A stretch of DNA of 52,576 nucleotides from Perkinsus olseni (taxonomy: Eukaryota), in contig JABANN010000214.1 of NCBI GenBank assembly GCA_013115125.1, forward strand, positions 1 to 52,576, written 5' to 3'. Below are positions 1 to 11,725 of this stretch, one piece after another. A program made the translations under genes and the position numbers. Numbering within the stretch: position 1 is the stretch's first letter; each line of letters begins with the position of its first letter. The notes beneath the pieces are model-generated. The model saw only the letters and a list, made by a program, of their open reading frames with translations, was not told the origin of the DNA and searched no databases.

Positions 1-649
1 TGCTGATGTCTCAACAACAACAACAACTCGCTAATGTGATGATATCATCCTCGACCCCCATATAGGCTACGGCCGTTCACTCCATCGCTCGAACGGTTCG
101 GAAAACATCGACCTGCGCTTACTTAGTGCGGGAAGCCAGCGCTAAGATACCGTCGAAGCGATCAGAACAGGAGCCGTCGCGATGATGTAACGTCATCAGG
201 TTCGCTTCAGCGTGTTCGGCATCCTTTATGAGAGTCACCGTGCTACCATTACCGAGGGACGCCTCGTGCTCAACGTGTGATTCCCGGCCTAGTGAGGATC
301 TCACACTTAACCACCGATTTGGCGTAGTGATTGTAATTTCAAACAGTAGCCTGGAATCATGAGCGAGCAAGTCCCGAGAAGCCTTCCCTCCCCCCAGTTC
401 ACTACATCCGGTTTCCAGGTGCCAGTCCTAAATGGACTCATCGGCAAATGCTTCGATGAACAGCAAGCAACCGAACGTTTCACCTGGAGACCTTCGAGAG
501 ATTCGGCGTGGACTGAAATGGCAATGCCCCAAAAAATGAACCTGAACGCTTCCACGTGCGAAGAGATCCGGCGATTGCCCCAAGGAAACACAAGGCGGAG
601 CTGAGCACGAGTGTAATGGTATAGGGATTACTACTGATGAAAATCAAAT

Positions 650-2062
650 CTATCCTTTGAATGTTCCAGCAAAAGTGAGGACACCGAGGAGCAGAATAAC
701 AGCCAGATAGCACTGCAGAGCGGCCATTCCCCTCGCCCGATCAATAATACAGTACTGACTAGCCTCGGGGGCCCGGCCCTGCCAGACCAGCCAGCAGGCC
801 AACACCGTCGCCACTGCTGCATTGATGCAGGCAACCGTCTTGAGGAAGACTGCACTGCCTGATGATACGGGCACGACACCGGAGGCAAAAAGAGTGAGGG
901 TCCACGGGAGACCGAGGCCGACACATATGTTTATAATTTGCGAGCCCAAGCACGAGGCTGCTGCCATCGAGCCATAGCCACGGTAGGTGGCGGTGAGAGC
1001 GTTGATGGCGTCCGGGACTTCAGCCCCGAGGGCAACCAGAGCTAGACCGAAGAAGCCGCTGGAACTGGGGTTCTGCAGAAGGGACACCCAGCGGTCTACA
1101 ACGCAACCGACTACGAACGAGGCCAGAGACACCCAGGCAAAGGACGCCAGGAACGTCACCGGATAGAGATTCTCGCGTGGCTGATAGATACGGCAGTCCG
1201 GGCAGGTGAGGTCGATCACACGCTTGAGAGGCCAGAGCACTGCGACGAGATCGGTCTGAATGCTCTGCAGTAGCGAAGAGGATCGGGTAGAGTCCGCTGG
1301 ACTGGGCGTCGAGCCAGTCTCGATCAGAGGCAGGGCTAGTTCTTCGTCGTACTTGTCTCGAAAGACCGAGCTTTTCTGATCGCTGGCTTTCCGTCGGAAC
1401 TCTCGGAAACTCTGAAACTCAGCGGTTCCGTCGGAGGTGTTGGAGGGCTCCAAAGCAGCAGCCACGCCGGCCCTGTGCGTCAAGCGCCACTGAGAGTACC
1501 ACGACCGAACCTGGTCACCGTAGCAAAGCACCGTGACGTAAACTCCGTAGACGACAAGAAGAAGCACGCCGTGGGCGGCAGAGATCGACGTCCGAAGTGC
1601 GTGCAACAGCACTAGCACCGACGCGCCGTAGAACAGAACGTCGCGGGTCAAAGGCCTTCTTTTCAATAGGAGAGGCACCTTGTTCACGCTGGCGATGCTG
1701 CAGAGAGCCGGGACTGTGAGAAAGGCCAGCAGACCGCTGCCGAGGATCGCCCCGATCCCTAGGGCTGCATCGCTCTCTTGGTTGCCACGCACGATCGCCT
1801 TCATAGTGGCCATTGAGTTCACAGTGATTTCGGGCACAGCACCGCCAAAGGCCATGAATGTGGCACCACCGATCTCCTCGGGCAGGCCCCAATGGTCACA
1901 CAAGGTCTCCATAGAGTCGCATAAGTGATCAGCGGCCAGCGCCAAAGTGGCGAAAGCGAGCAACAGGAGTGCTACTTCGACTGGGACTTCGACGGCGAGG
2001 CTTCCAAGGGAGTCAAGACAGAGCGACTCCCCGAAGTTGGAAAGAGTGCAAGATTCACTCAT
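650..2062 (-). CDS. Ca2+/cation antiporter (CaCA superfamily, NCKX-like Na+/Ca2+(K+) exchanger), intronless
   Basis: 545-aa ORF; probable start MSESCTL at 2062. Alpha-1 repeat 'IGGATFMAFGGAVPE...GAILGSG' and alpha-2 repeat 'GLALVALGAEVPD...GSQIINICVGLGLPW'; multiple TM helices with a central hydrophilic loop. Confidence 0.9.
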   Translation of the reverse strand: MSESCTLSNFGESLCLDSLGSLAVEVPVEVALLLLAFATLALAADHLCDSMETLCDHWGLPEEIGGATFMAFGGAVPEITVNSMATMKAIVRGNQESDAALGIGAILGSGLLAFLTVPALCSIASVNKVPLLLKRRPLTRDVLFYGASVLVLLHALRTSISAAHGVLLLVVYGVYVTVLCYGDQVRSWYSQWRLTHRAGVAAALEPSNTSDGTAEFQSFREFRRKASDQKSSVFRDKYDEELALPLIETGSTPSPADSTRSSSLLQSIQTDLVAVLWPLKRVIDLTCPDCRIYQPRENLYPVTFLASFAWVSLASFVVGCVVDRWVSLLQNPSSSGFFGLALVALGAEVPDAINALTATYRGYGSMAAASCLGSQIINICVGLGLPWTLTLFASGVVPVSSGSAVFLKTVACINAAVATVLACWLVWQGRAPEASQYCIIDRARGMAALQCYLAVILLLGVLTFAGTFKG

Positions 2063-2570
2063 CGCGGATGCCACGTGTACAAGGAGATGACCGCGAGATA
2101 AATCGATTAGAATGGCGAGCGCGAGACAGAGTGCGCATATTTCGCCTGGCGCACGCCCTCCTGGGAGTTGTGCGCGCGCCACGGCGTCAGGACGGAACGA
2201 TAAGAATTGGGGAGTTGAGTAGCGGAAGAAACTATACCGGACGAGATGGGCCACACCGATCAGTGAAAAACGTGTTTGTCGACTCAAACCTTATAGGGTA
2301 GGCCGCCTACCGTAGGCGAACGCAGGGGCGTCAACGTCGCCTGGCGGACCTGTCTGTGTTACACACAATACCGGCCGAGCATTTTTCACGATTTGCAATC
2401 GATACGGCTGTTTCCTCGCTCAGCTGGAGGCTGTTGTTGAACATTCCACTTATCTCTCGTACAGCCCATCATTTTGAACGTGCATATTTCCGATTTGCTA
2501 TCAGAATATCGCGGCCACTTGGATTTGCCGGGGAAAGCGTCCCTCCTCAGTCTCCGTCCTCCATGCATTA

Positions 2571-5500
2571 ATGGTAGTGCTGGTGACAAGAGAACGAAGA
2601 CTGCCGTACTCTAGGGCAGTTGAAGACGACGTCGCGCTCGACCGAAGCTTCTTCGACAAGCTCGTACAACCCTCCACCACAGACACCGATTGGGACATCT
2701 ACTTGGTAGAATCCATATGGCCCATCTTGTCGAGAGGCCTAGCCGCTCTCGCACTCGAGGTAGGTGCCTCAACGCCACGTCCATGCCAGCACGCTCTTCC
2801 ACGCACCTTGTGCTACCACTCCTTCCATTGTAATTTACAATTTGTAAACATTACACGGGGAGCGTAATTACTCACAGCGCTGGCCGTGGGCAATTACCTC
2901 CCACGGCAATAGCGATGACCCGGTGGTAGATTTCGGCCGATGCCACGCATCTGTTTGAGACCGGCGGGTTTAGAGCACAACACCCGAGCTTTGCCGTCTG
3001 GAATCCAATCTTTCATCTGCTGTCTTGCTGTCATCCGCCACTTAGCTCAGCTTCAGCGTAGCTCCCTATCGGAGCCAGATAGGATCAGCGGAGTATGCTT
3101 AACACATCGTTGGACGATGATGTTAAGCATATCCTGAAACTCGAACGATGATCGTTCCTTCAAGGTTGAACGTCTCCATTTTCGGAAGGACGGAGATCCG
3201 CTTGTGCGGCGACGATTTTGCCCGTTGGCCTGGCTCGCGCAATATCTGCTACGTAACAAGCCGAAAAGCGGGACACACGACGCAGAGGGAATGCGAAGAG
3301 AAAAGCAACTGGAAAAATTCTCAGAGTGGGCCGATCTTGAACGAGGCCGCCGAGAGGTGAGATTTTGATCACTCGGGAGAGGGAAGGTCGACGTCCTCGA
3401 GTTCCTAGTGTGAACCATATGTATCGGTTCGATCGTCATCGATCCCGATTAGCCTGCTGGATTGGCGGACCCGTCTGCGGAAATGGCTTTCGGCGTGTGG
3501 CATAGTCAACTCTGATGGCCTTCGCTCCGCTAACGTGCCTTCTTGCAGCGAGCTAGTGCATCAGGTTTTTGTTGAAGTTTTCTCCCAAAATCAATACTGC
3601 TCAGATATACCGCCGCGAAAAAGAAGTTCGTCGCGTATTCAACGGCTTCTCGGCACGGAGACAAGTCCGAATAAGCGCGCTTCCGAAAGTTGTGGCTGTG
3701 CTGGACGAACTGACCTGGCTCGGAGGGGAACTCGTCAACTCGGAGTACTGCAAGACACAGAGCATCCTGGAAAGCTTCAGAGGAAAAGATTCCATCGACT
3801 TCGAAGAGTTCTGGCGTTGGTTCGCCGGACCGCCGAGAGGCGCAGGTGAGTGCACACTTGGGGGCGCTTCTTCTTGAGGCCTTGTTCACGGGTGTGTGAG
3901 TTCTAATTCCAACGCCGAGGACCGGCTTAGTCAGACTAGCACCGATGTATCTTGTTTATAGAGGGATGAGTTTAGGCAAGTGTCCACGGGTGTTACTTCT
4001 TCATTCCCGGCAGCACTACGTCATAGAATGTGCTACACGAAGCTACAAGGCTCGTTTAATGGTTCGCAGGTAGGAGTTGTGCCTGCTTTGCCGGCCAACT
4101 TTGAGATGATTCATTCCGAATGGACAGATCGAATGAGCTGCGGATGTCACGGCTTGTAGAGTGTGCCTTTCGAGTAGCCGTCGAGCCTAGAAGATGACCC
4201 GCGTAGCTCAAGGAATGTACCTCAGGAGGTGTGCCATTGAGATGGACGGCCTTCGTCCGAGCGGAAGCTCGAAAGCACTACAAAGACGCGCGAGTAAGAT
4301 CACAGCCCTCGTTTCTTATTGGTGTGCGCCTTTTGCTTTTCTACACTCCCTTCGGTCTTTCATGGAAGAGCATAATTCTTCGGTATACTAGGGCCTAGCC
4401 ACTTGGCTCGTCAGAATAGTCCATGGCGCCGGCCAAGCGCTGCCTACGACACCTCAGTATCCCTGAGGGCTTCTAAGCGTGCTGGTCTTCTGGCTTCCTC
4501 TATTCACTTGTCTTTGCTGATGGATGTGCTCCCCGGAGAGATGCAATTATCAGTGTTGCCGCAAACGGAATCTCCAGTCCCACCCGCAGCGCATATCCCT
4601 CCGATGTTTAGGAACTAAAAGCGATGAGGATCGAGGAGAAGGAGGTGGCGGTCGTTGGTACCATCCGAGCCGACGAGGACCGCGATGAATTAGAGTGAGG
4701 GCGTGCAGTTTTGTGGAGTTTTTGACCTTCTCTCGGCGGAGCTCCTTCGACCTGCTCTGATGTTGGGTGTTGGAGTGCTGTCATTCATAGGCTACCAGAA
4801 GTTCCTCAAAAAAGGCCTCTGTTCTCAGATTCACCCAGCTGTGCGCGAAGCTTTCGGAAAACGAGGAAATTCGCAAGATTCTGGACGAAGATTTTATCCT
4901 CACTGGAATGGAGCCTGCCGAGGGCGAGGAAGTGGTGGATGAGGTGAGAGTTTCCTGGTCGCAGTGTTGGTTAGTGCTCTTGTCGCGTCCCGTCCCTTCA
5001 ACGAATGCCGTCATGCCGATCGCGGGAACACCTTCATAGGTGCCACCGAGGGGAAGCCACGTAGAGCTTCTATGCGATCTGATGGAGAAAGCTGGATTCC
5101 GAAAAGATCCGAATCGCTTCTCCGGCGATGAGATAGCGCCCGAGCTGGCTGCTCTGGGCGATCAACAAACTTTTGCCTGCGAAGGCGCTAAGTGGTGAGT
5201 TTCATCTCCCCGTCGCTCATCTTGCGAATTGACTCCATTTCTCATGCAAGTTTGACAAATTGGCGGGTGAGCATGACAATGTTACAGTGAGTTTGACACT
5301 GAATGAAAAAGGTCGACGGAAGTTGAATGCTTCAACTCCAAAAATGCTAATGGTCAAGTCCAAGTTCGATACACGGTAAACATGGCAGCATTGGGAAGTT
5401 GATATTAAGTTTGACGAGGAAAATGTAGTCAAGTCTGGCATTACAAGGTGAGTGTCTCACCGTGGACTTTGGAGGTATCGCCAGGCTTGGCTGCCTTCCG

Positions 5501-7474
5501 ATCTTGAGGCAAGAATGGCAGGTTCTCATCCAAGTTCGGCATTCTGGTTGGTGCGTATTCAAGATGCGTCAAACTTGGCATCGACATTTTTCCAGTCGAA
5601 AAATCGGGCTTCTTTCGAACTTGCATCCTTAGTGACAAACTTGCTTGTCACATTTTCATTCTTGCCTGTTCACTTGCCAACGGCACGTTGCCATCGGCAG
5701 GTTGTCAAACTTGCTCGGAACATGGCGTGTTACCCAAAAGGCCCTACCGGAATCATCTCTCAAGATGAACAAACTTGCATTTTCCGATGGTCCTGACTGA
5801 TTCTATATACTGCTTCCGTGCAACTTACTCCGAGTAGAAATCTACGAAGACAAGTTTCTCGGATACTTCGTACCAAAGCTTTCGGACTCCACTGATCGGA
5901 GATTTGGCGAGGTCACAGTCTGACTGCCATCTCCTGACGATGAACTAAATAGCCACCCGTTAGCCATCTCTCGGTCCCACAGAAGTTCCGTATGTATTAC
6001 AGAACTGTCTTTCAGGACGGTGGGATGTATGCACCAGTGGTCGCTTCTACAGCGCCTTCTGGTCTGTGAGTGTGAGGATGGTGTGGTGGATGCCGAGAGC
6101 TTGAAGCTCATGATGGATCGCAGAGAGTTCTCTGTGCTAAAACGAAAAGTTTCGTAAGCTGCGAAAGGGGCCCTTTCAGAGGGCTTGATGGTACATGCTC
6201 GACCGAGTCCTTCAGTTTGACTAAAGATGTTCACTTGAGATCCACCACAGACGATGATACCTTGCAAGAATCGGAGACCATGGCACAAGAGAATACCGAG
6301 ATCGGCAGCAGAGGTGCGAACCTCTGGGAGATCCTGCCTCCATCGGCTCTGTCTGTATAAGAGCCCCCCCCCCATCTACGCGAAGTTGCTACCGCTGTTC
6401 GGCGAGATTATCATCTTGATAAGGGACAGGGTTGTCTCAGACCCCGCTCCTGCTGGTGCTGGTGGTCCTCGGGGTAGAACGTCGAGTGGAGAACGCAAGC
6501 CGTCCTTGAAAGAGCTATCCGACAGGTCAGAATAGGCTGCGAATTTTACAGCACACAGTTTACCTTGGGATGAATACCAGGTACAACATTAACATCATCA
6601 GACTTGCATGGCTTTCGGAACAGTTCGGGACACTTTTGCCTGACGGACACGACGACTATCCCGATAATCCGCAGGTAACCAGCCGTGAGTCAAAGCCCAC
6701 GGCGAATGTGGTTCGCATAATTTCCCTCAGTCCTTATCGAAATCTGCCGTTCGAGGTCTCGCCGAAGAGCTTTGTCCAGAAATCACTGACGAAGAGTTCG
6801 AGGTACCGCTGGCTTGAAACACTTCCATTGACCTCTTTCTGAGAGATGAGCAGGACGCACAGTCGGGCAGAACTTGACGAGCTCCCTTGGGCGGTCAATC
6901 GCGTGATTTTGGCGGGCTCCTCACAGAATTAGTCCAATTCTATATCGTAACTGCAACTCGGATAGTCTGAAGTTTGACTGAGGTGTGAAGGCAGTGATGC
7001 ACTGTCTGAGGTAACTACAGCTCTAAGACGAGCAACGACGGAATCCAACGAAAGAGCTTTATCAGTCCAGGCTGACTCCATACGCGGTGTTACAGCGATC
7101 GCGATCGCGTTGTGTGACGCCGCACAACGGTCGAGTCTGTTTGCCAAGCTCTTGCATGAGAATTGGATTATACAGGGACACGATCTTCTCGTGATTAAAT
7201 AGAAATCCCCTCAATCCTGAGTCTCGAAAGTAGTCGCCTCTCGAGCAAGCGCTCAGCCGCTTTGTGACATGAAACTGGTTGTGCGATTGAGCGTCTCTCA
7301 GGCTAAATGGGAGATAATCGACGCAGACAGATCGGGCTCCTTAGAGTTCGATGAGTTCGTAGAGTGGATGGCACTTGACGAGTTTGATATTGACGATGGT
7401 GAGTATCAGCCGACCATAGGCTTTCTATGAAAAAACCAAAATCTTAACTGTCGTGTTTGACGCTATCAGATTGA
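2571..7474 (+). CDS. Multi-exon DPY30/RIIa-like dimerisation motif + EF-hand protein (probably flagellar Ca-binding)
   Basis: Manual splicing joins exons at about 2571-2759 (YLVESIWPILSRGLAAL), 3164-3356 (PLAWLAQYLLRNKP), 3605-3846 (DSIDFEEFWRWF), 4838-4943, 5040-5193, 6016-6148, 6424-6525, 6581-6674, 6731-6802 and 7302-7398 (DADRSGSLEFDEF, canonical EF loop). Stop at about 7472-7474. Some boundaries are approximate. Confidence 0.7.
5217..5768. mobile_element. Foldback/MITE-like element inside an intron
   Basis: Imperfect long inverted arms: TCATCTTG (5217) / CAAGATGA (5761) and a perfect 13-bp GCAAGTTTGACAA (5247) / TTGTCAAACTTGC (5702). Multiple AAGTTTG copies lie on the left and CAAACTTG copies on the right. 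Confidence 0.55.
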
Positions 7475-7604
7475 TCGGCGACACTCGTGACCAAGTGCTA
7501 AGGGTAGTCGTGGTAGCGTCTCAAGTCATGTCGTTGATGTGCTTGGCTTGGCAATAATATGGGTTGCGTTGGTGTTTCCCATGGCCTATGTGAATATGAT
7601 TCAT

Positions 7605-8046
7605 GAACGCTTACAGAAGATATGCTTTCCCCTGCTATGAAACCTCTGACTGCGGGGACTGGGAGAAAGGGACGGTATGGCACACCCGAACAGGGCATGT
7701 GTCACGTGCCTCTGTTGAGGACGACAGGCCAAGGAGCAATGCCGGTCCGTCTGCCATTGCACCGGAGTGCTGGGCGTGCGAACACGCAAGCACCCAAACA
7801 CTGGACTCGTCCAGCCTGGGAACCCTTGATGCCAGGGCTACCATGGCTCACCCGCAGACTCGGTTTAGGTTGAGGGTGGGAGCCTCCCACTGGGAGGGTT
7901 GAATTCCACCCGGAAATGCGGCGGGCAGGTCACGCGGAATGTCGCAGACCCGCTCACGCCGACGTAGCATAGAGGAACTGAGAAGAGAGGCAGTCGGAAC
8001 TTCCGACTCGGAAGGTGGTCCGCGCGTCTCCGCAGGACCACTCTTC
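7605..8046 (+). ncRNA. Unassigned structured RNA-like element, copy A
   Basis: Dense hairpins and a long-range stem AAACC..GACTGCGGG (7640-7656) / CCCGCAGAC..GGTTT (7851-7866). Shares motif order with 23530-23885. G-U pairs mostly favour the + strand. Confidence 0.5.
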
Positions 8047-8907
8047 ATGACTGCCGTGCACAAATTACCACTCCAGAAGTTAGTGACCGTAACGCAGCTA
8101 GAACTAGTATCATCATCAGAAACGACTAGCTTGAGTTGTGCAGGATTGTGTGACTACGTCGGACGTAGTACGTCCCCTGCTAGCGAAATCCCTCCGTTAG
8201 CGATTTCTCACTCCCCGTAACAGCTTCTCTCGGCGCGACTTAGCTCACTAGTTGATCAAAAGTGGTTGAGGGGCGAGTCCTCCAGTCGAAAAAGGTGAAC
8301 GACACATTGGAAGATATCGAGGCTCTTAACGGTAAGAAAAATTCCAGTATTCTCATCCGTAATACTGACATTCTGAATGCTGACACAGCGTCCAGTGCGG
8401 ATCGTGCGATACCTCTCGACGAGAAGTTCTCGAGAAACGTCGTTCAACGACACATCTAAGGATTACGTGGCTTCCGCTGGGTCTCAATTCGATACCGTTA
8501 ACTCTTGTTCCTTCATACTTTGGGAACTGCATTGACTCAACATCAAAGGCTAAGGTGAGATACTGTCAGTACTGAGTCATGGTGAATCATACTGCCAGTA
8601 CTGGTCAGTATCATACTGAGCTGTACTTGCGTAAGCTGCGATCAGTTGTTCGATGAAAGAACAGAAAGGATATCAGAGTGTACCATTGCGGATTCACTTT
8701 ATGCAGTACTCAGAGCTAAGGTATCGCAGGCTGCGTTTTGCGACCTAAATGCGATGGTATCGAAGAAGTCTCTGCTTGACAAAATGAGACTGGCTAGTGC
8801 TACAAAATTTCATCCAGTGTTTGAACCAATGTGGTTCGAGTACATGGTATTCAATACAAAGTCGTCGGTCGATGAGAGCAGGTGTGGGTAGACTCGGCCT
8901 AGGATCC

Positions 8908-9333
8908 TCAAACTGTAAAGAGTCTGCGATTACCATCACCACCACGACCACCATTGCCACCACGGCCGCCATCACCACCACGGCCGCCATTACCGCCATT
9001 ACCAGCACGACCGCCAGGGCCGTCTTCACCATCACGACCGTCCAGACCATCACGACCGTCTTGACCCTCTTCACCGTCACGACCGTCCAGACCATCACGA
9101 CCGTCTTGACCATCTTCACCATCACTACCGTCCAGACCATCACGACCGTCTTCACCGTCACGACCGTCTTCACCGTCACGACCGTCCAGACCATCACGAC
9201 CGTCTTCACCGTCACGACCGTCCAGACCATCACGACCGTCTTGACCGTCTATGCCATCATTGGTACTTTCTATGCTACCGACAATTGCGGCAGAAATCAG
9301 GAGTAGGAGTGAGGGAAGGAAGAAGAACTTCAT
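8908..9333 (-). CDS. Secreted Gly/Asp-rich repeat protein (141 aa): signal peptide, (DGRDG[L/E/Q])n, (GGx)n, C-terminal RRLFTV
   Basis: ORF with a hydrophobic N-terminus MKFFFLPSLLLLISAAIVGS and a Gly-every-third-residue repeat; architecture and C-terminus shared with 24668-24832 and 26559-26723. Confidence 0.8.
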   Translation of the reverse strand: MKFFFLPSLLLLISAAIVGSIESTNDGIDGQDGRDGLDGRDGEDGRDGLDGRDGEDGRDGEDGRDGLDGSDGEDGQDGRDGLDGRDGEEGQDGRDGLDGRDGEDGPGGRAGNGGNGGRGGDGGRGGNGGRGGDGNRRLFTV

Positions 9334-11038
9334 ATCTATGAAACGAATCTGAGCTCGAAAGCCGAGTCCACGAGAGTTCCAATTCCCGATAGTTCCCAGG
9401 TTGTTCTCGTTTGCGATTAAATGACGCTATTTAGAAGCCGACCACTGTTGAAGCGACGAGTGACCTGTGGCGGCAGGCGGTTCAGGCCTGGCCCAATCTC
9501 TCTCGGTCTCTTGTGGACGCACATGAGAGAACCAGAAGAGCGCCTGCCGCTCCTAAATGGAGAGGGGCTCTAGTGGAAGGCCTCTGCTCAACCCGAAACC
9601 TCATTACGCCGGCGCCACGCCTGACGAGCCCACAGGACAGGCTCCACCATATCGACCCGGTCAGTGACGCGATGCCACCTTTTTCCCGCCAGAAGTGTCC
9701 CGGTCACATTGACGGGGTCATTCCGGGCCGAAAAAGTCGCGCTCGATTTAATTATGACATCTTGCGGGTGTCATATAGCCATGGTCTATCCTGGTCGTGA
9801 TTCGAAGTACTGAAACGCCCAAGCATGCGCAGGTCTAGTTCAGGAAGTGCGTAACCTCAAACGTGGAGTATCACGAGTAGCCGGGACTTGACAACGCTCT
9901 CTCGTGTATTGTCCCACTCGGAGAACGGAGGTAATATTAGCAAACGGTCCCGAATGCGGTTAGTGTCTCTTGACGGGATTGCCCTCTACCGCTAAAGTGT
10001 CTTGCCATTGCGACCCAACGAATAGACTCTCAGCCATCATAGGTCAAACGCAATGTACAGATCAGGATAGGTACTGCTGGTACCGCATAATGCGGTATGC
10101 CCTCATTAATGCGGTCCGCATTTCTTCCGCATTTTCCAGGAGAAGTTTAATAAAGTTCATCATGGAAAGTGACATCGTAACTCGACGAGTTACTAACTCG
10201 TCGAGTTATCCTCATGCTATCGCCCTGAGAGTTCCTTCCGCCCTCAAATGAAACTCGCCCGGAGGCAGGCTTCGTGTCTGTGTTCCATACGAGCCAGAGC
10301 TCGTTAATGGCAACCGCGGTGAAGCTCTCCATTACCGTGAGGACGGAGGATGACAGAACCCAGAAAATCAGAGCATTTGGACCACGGCTTGCGTCCCTCG
10401 GGAGAGGCTCCATCTGCTTCTACTACAGATCAGTTTTCGAATATTATGGATTTGGTCAGGAAGAGCCTCATACTATATCTCTGGTATACGGTTCCGAATC
10501 GTTTTCCACACACGCCTTTCGCGAGGGTTCCCCATACACCACTTCGTCTTTGTGCTTCGTCGGTGCCTCCCGCATCTCCGCGGAGGATTCTCTGATTCTG
10601 ACTATCGGGATTGAAAGAAATTGAAACACACGGGTTCTGCTTTTTCGAGAGGTGTTTTCGGTATTATGTAAAAAACCAATTAGGCTTGAAGAAGTGACTG
10701 AGAAATCACATATCTTCAACCACAACTAAACACTGGCAAAGCAAGATTGCAATTCAACTCACATTTAGTTTCATGAGTGGGAAAAGTTGGAATTTTTTTT
10801 TGGTTTCCGTCAGCTATCTGAATCTCGACTCGCATTTCGTTACCGTGAGCGTTGATGAGCGATGGATGATGCCACTGTATTCCATCTATCTGTACTAGTG
10901 TACTTACGCTGTAGATGCTCCAACGAAGGAGTCGGCTAGGGTGGAATCGGCCGGGTTCGATCGGGGACCCAGCCACGCATCGGAGTAGCTGATTGCGATT
11001 AGTATGTGTAACATCTGGGCCTGAGTAATCGCAAGACA

Positions 11039-11385
11039 CTTTGCGTTTATGGTATGGATCATGATAGAAGAGCGATCACTCTGGCAGCTGATACCTTCGG
11101 TACAAGGTACGAAGATATTTACTGAAGGTGCGTCTCGCCGCAGCAACATACAAAAGTGCCTTAGCTGCCTTGGGGTTCATAGATACCTCAGGAATCCTGA
11201 GGCAAGGTCTCCCTCTGGGACCTATTATATTTAATTATATCTGGGACCTTATTATCGTATTTATACAGCATAAATTCGGTATTATAAATTATTCTTCCCG
11301 ACTCCTCGAGCCGCCAGACATGAGCTTCGGCACACTTCTGATAGAACACTTGGAGCCCAACGCAACAGGGTCTGCTTTTGAAAGG
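11039..11385 (+). pseudogene. Decayed, apparently intron-less fragment of the AsnB-like gene
   Basis: CGCCGCAGCAACATACAAAAGTGCCTTA..TGCCTTGGGGTTCAT (about 11136-11180) matches the exon at 16562-16606. Upstream 'HDRRAITLAADTFGT' matches parent 'HDRTSSEITLAVDTFST'. Frameshifted. Confidence 0.65.
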
Positions 11386-11725
11386 TTCGGTTTGAAATGA
11401 GGGTGATTAAAGGAGGTTCCCTAAAACGAGTCCGACCACCTCTCGGCTCGAGTTTACTATAAATTGTGTATGAGAAGAGACACAACGTGAAGTACAGCGG
11501 ACTTCGTCACCTCATGAACCCATACGGCTCGTGAACTTGATACCAATAGTGAAGATACCGAGCTTCAGGTTTCCAAACATTACCCGAAGTTTTCTAAATC
11601 GGGAAGCGAGATTTTCATAAATTTCATCAAGAGAAAGAGAGAGAAGAATCACGGAAAATTGAATCTCGTCCGCCTGTTCCCTTCTTTGCTCCACTAGGCG
11701 GCGAGGCGTGAGCGTAGAGAGTCAC

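Noticed and set aside
1-620. Short ORFs at the window start
   Set aside because: Possible exon fragments, but no recognisable motif or consistent gene model.
2063-2287. N-terminal extension of the exchanger ORF (likewise 37575-37724 and 39307-39489)
   Set aside because: These begin at non-ATG codons; downstream ATGs give better family-consistent starts.
8745-9306. Val/Thr-rich ORFs 8745-9233(-) and 8797-9306(+)
   Set aside because: Alternative-frame and antisense shadows of the Gly/Asp repeat gene.
9590-9645. Hammerhead ribozyme (CTGACGA with nearby GAAAC; also CTGACGA at 27149)
   Set aside because: Stem II/GAAA and the stem III cleavage triplet cannot be formed in the required order.
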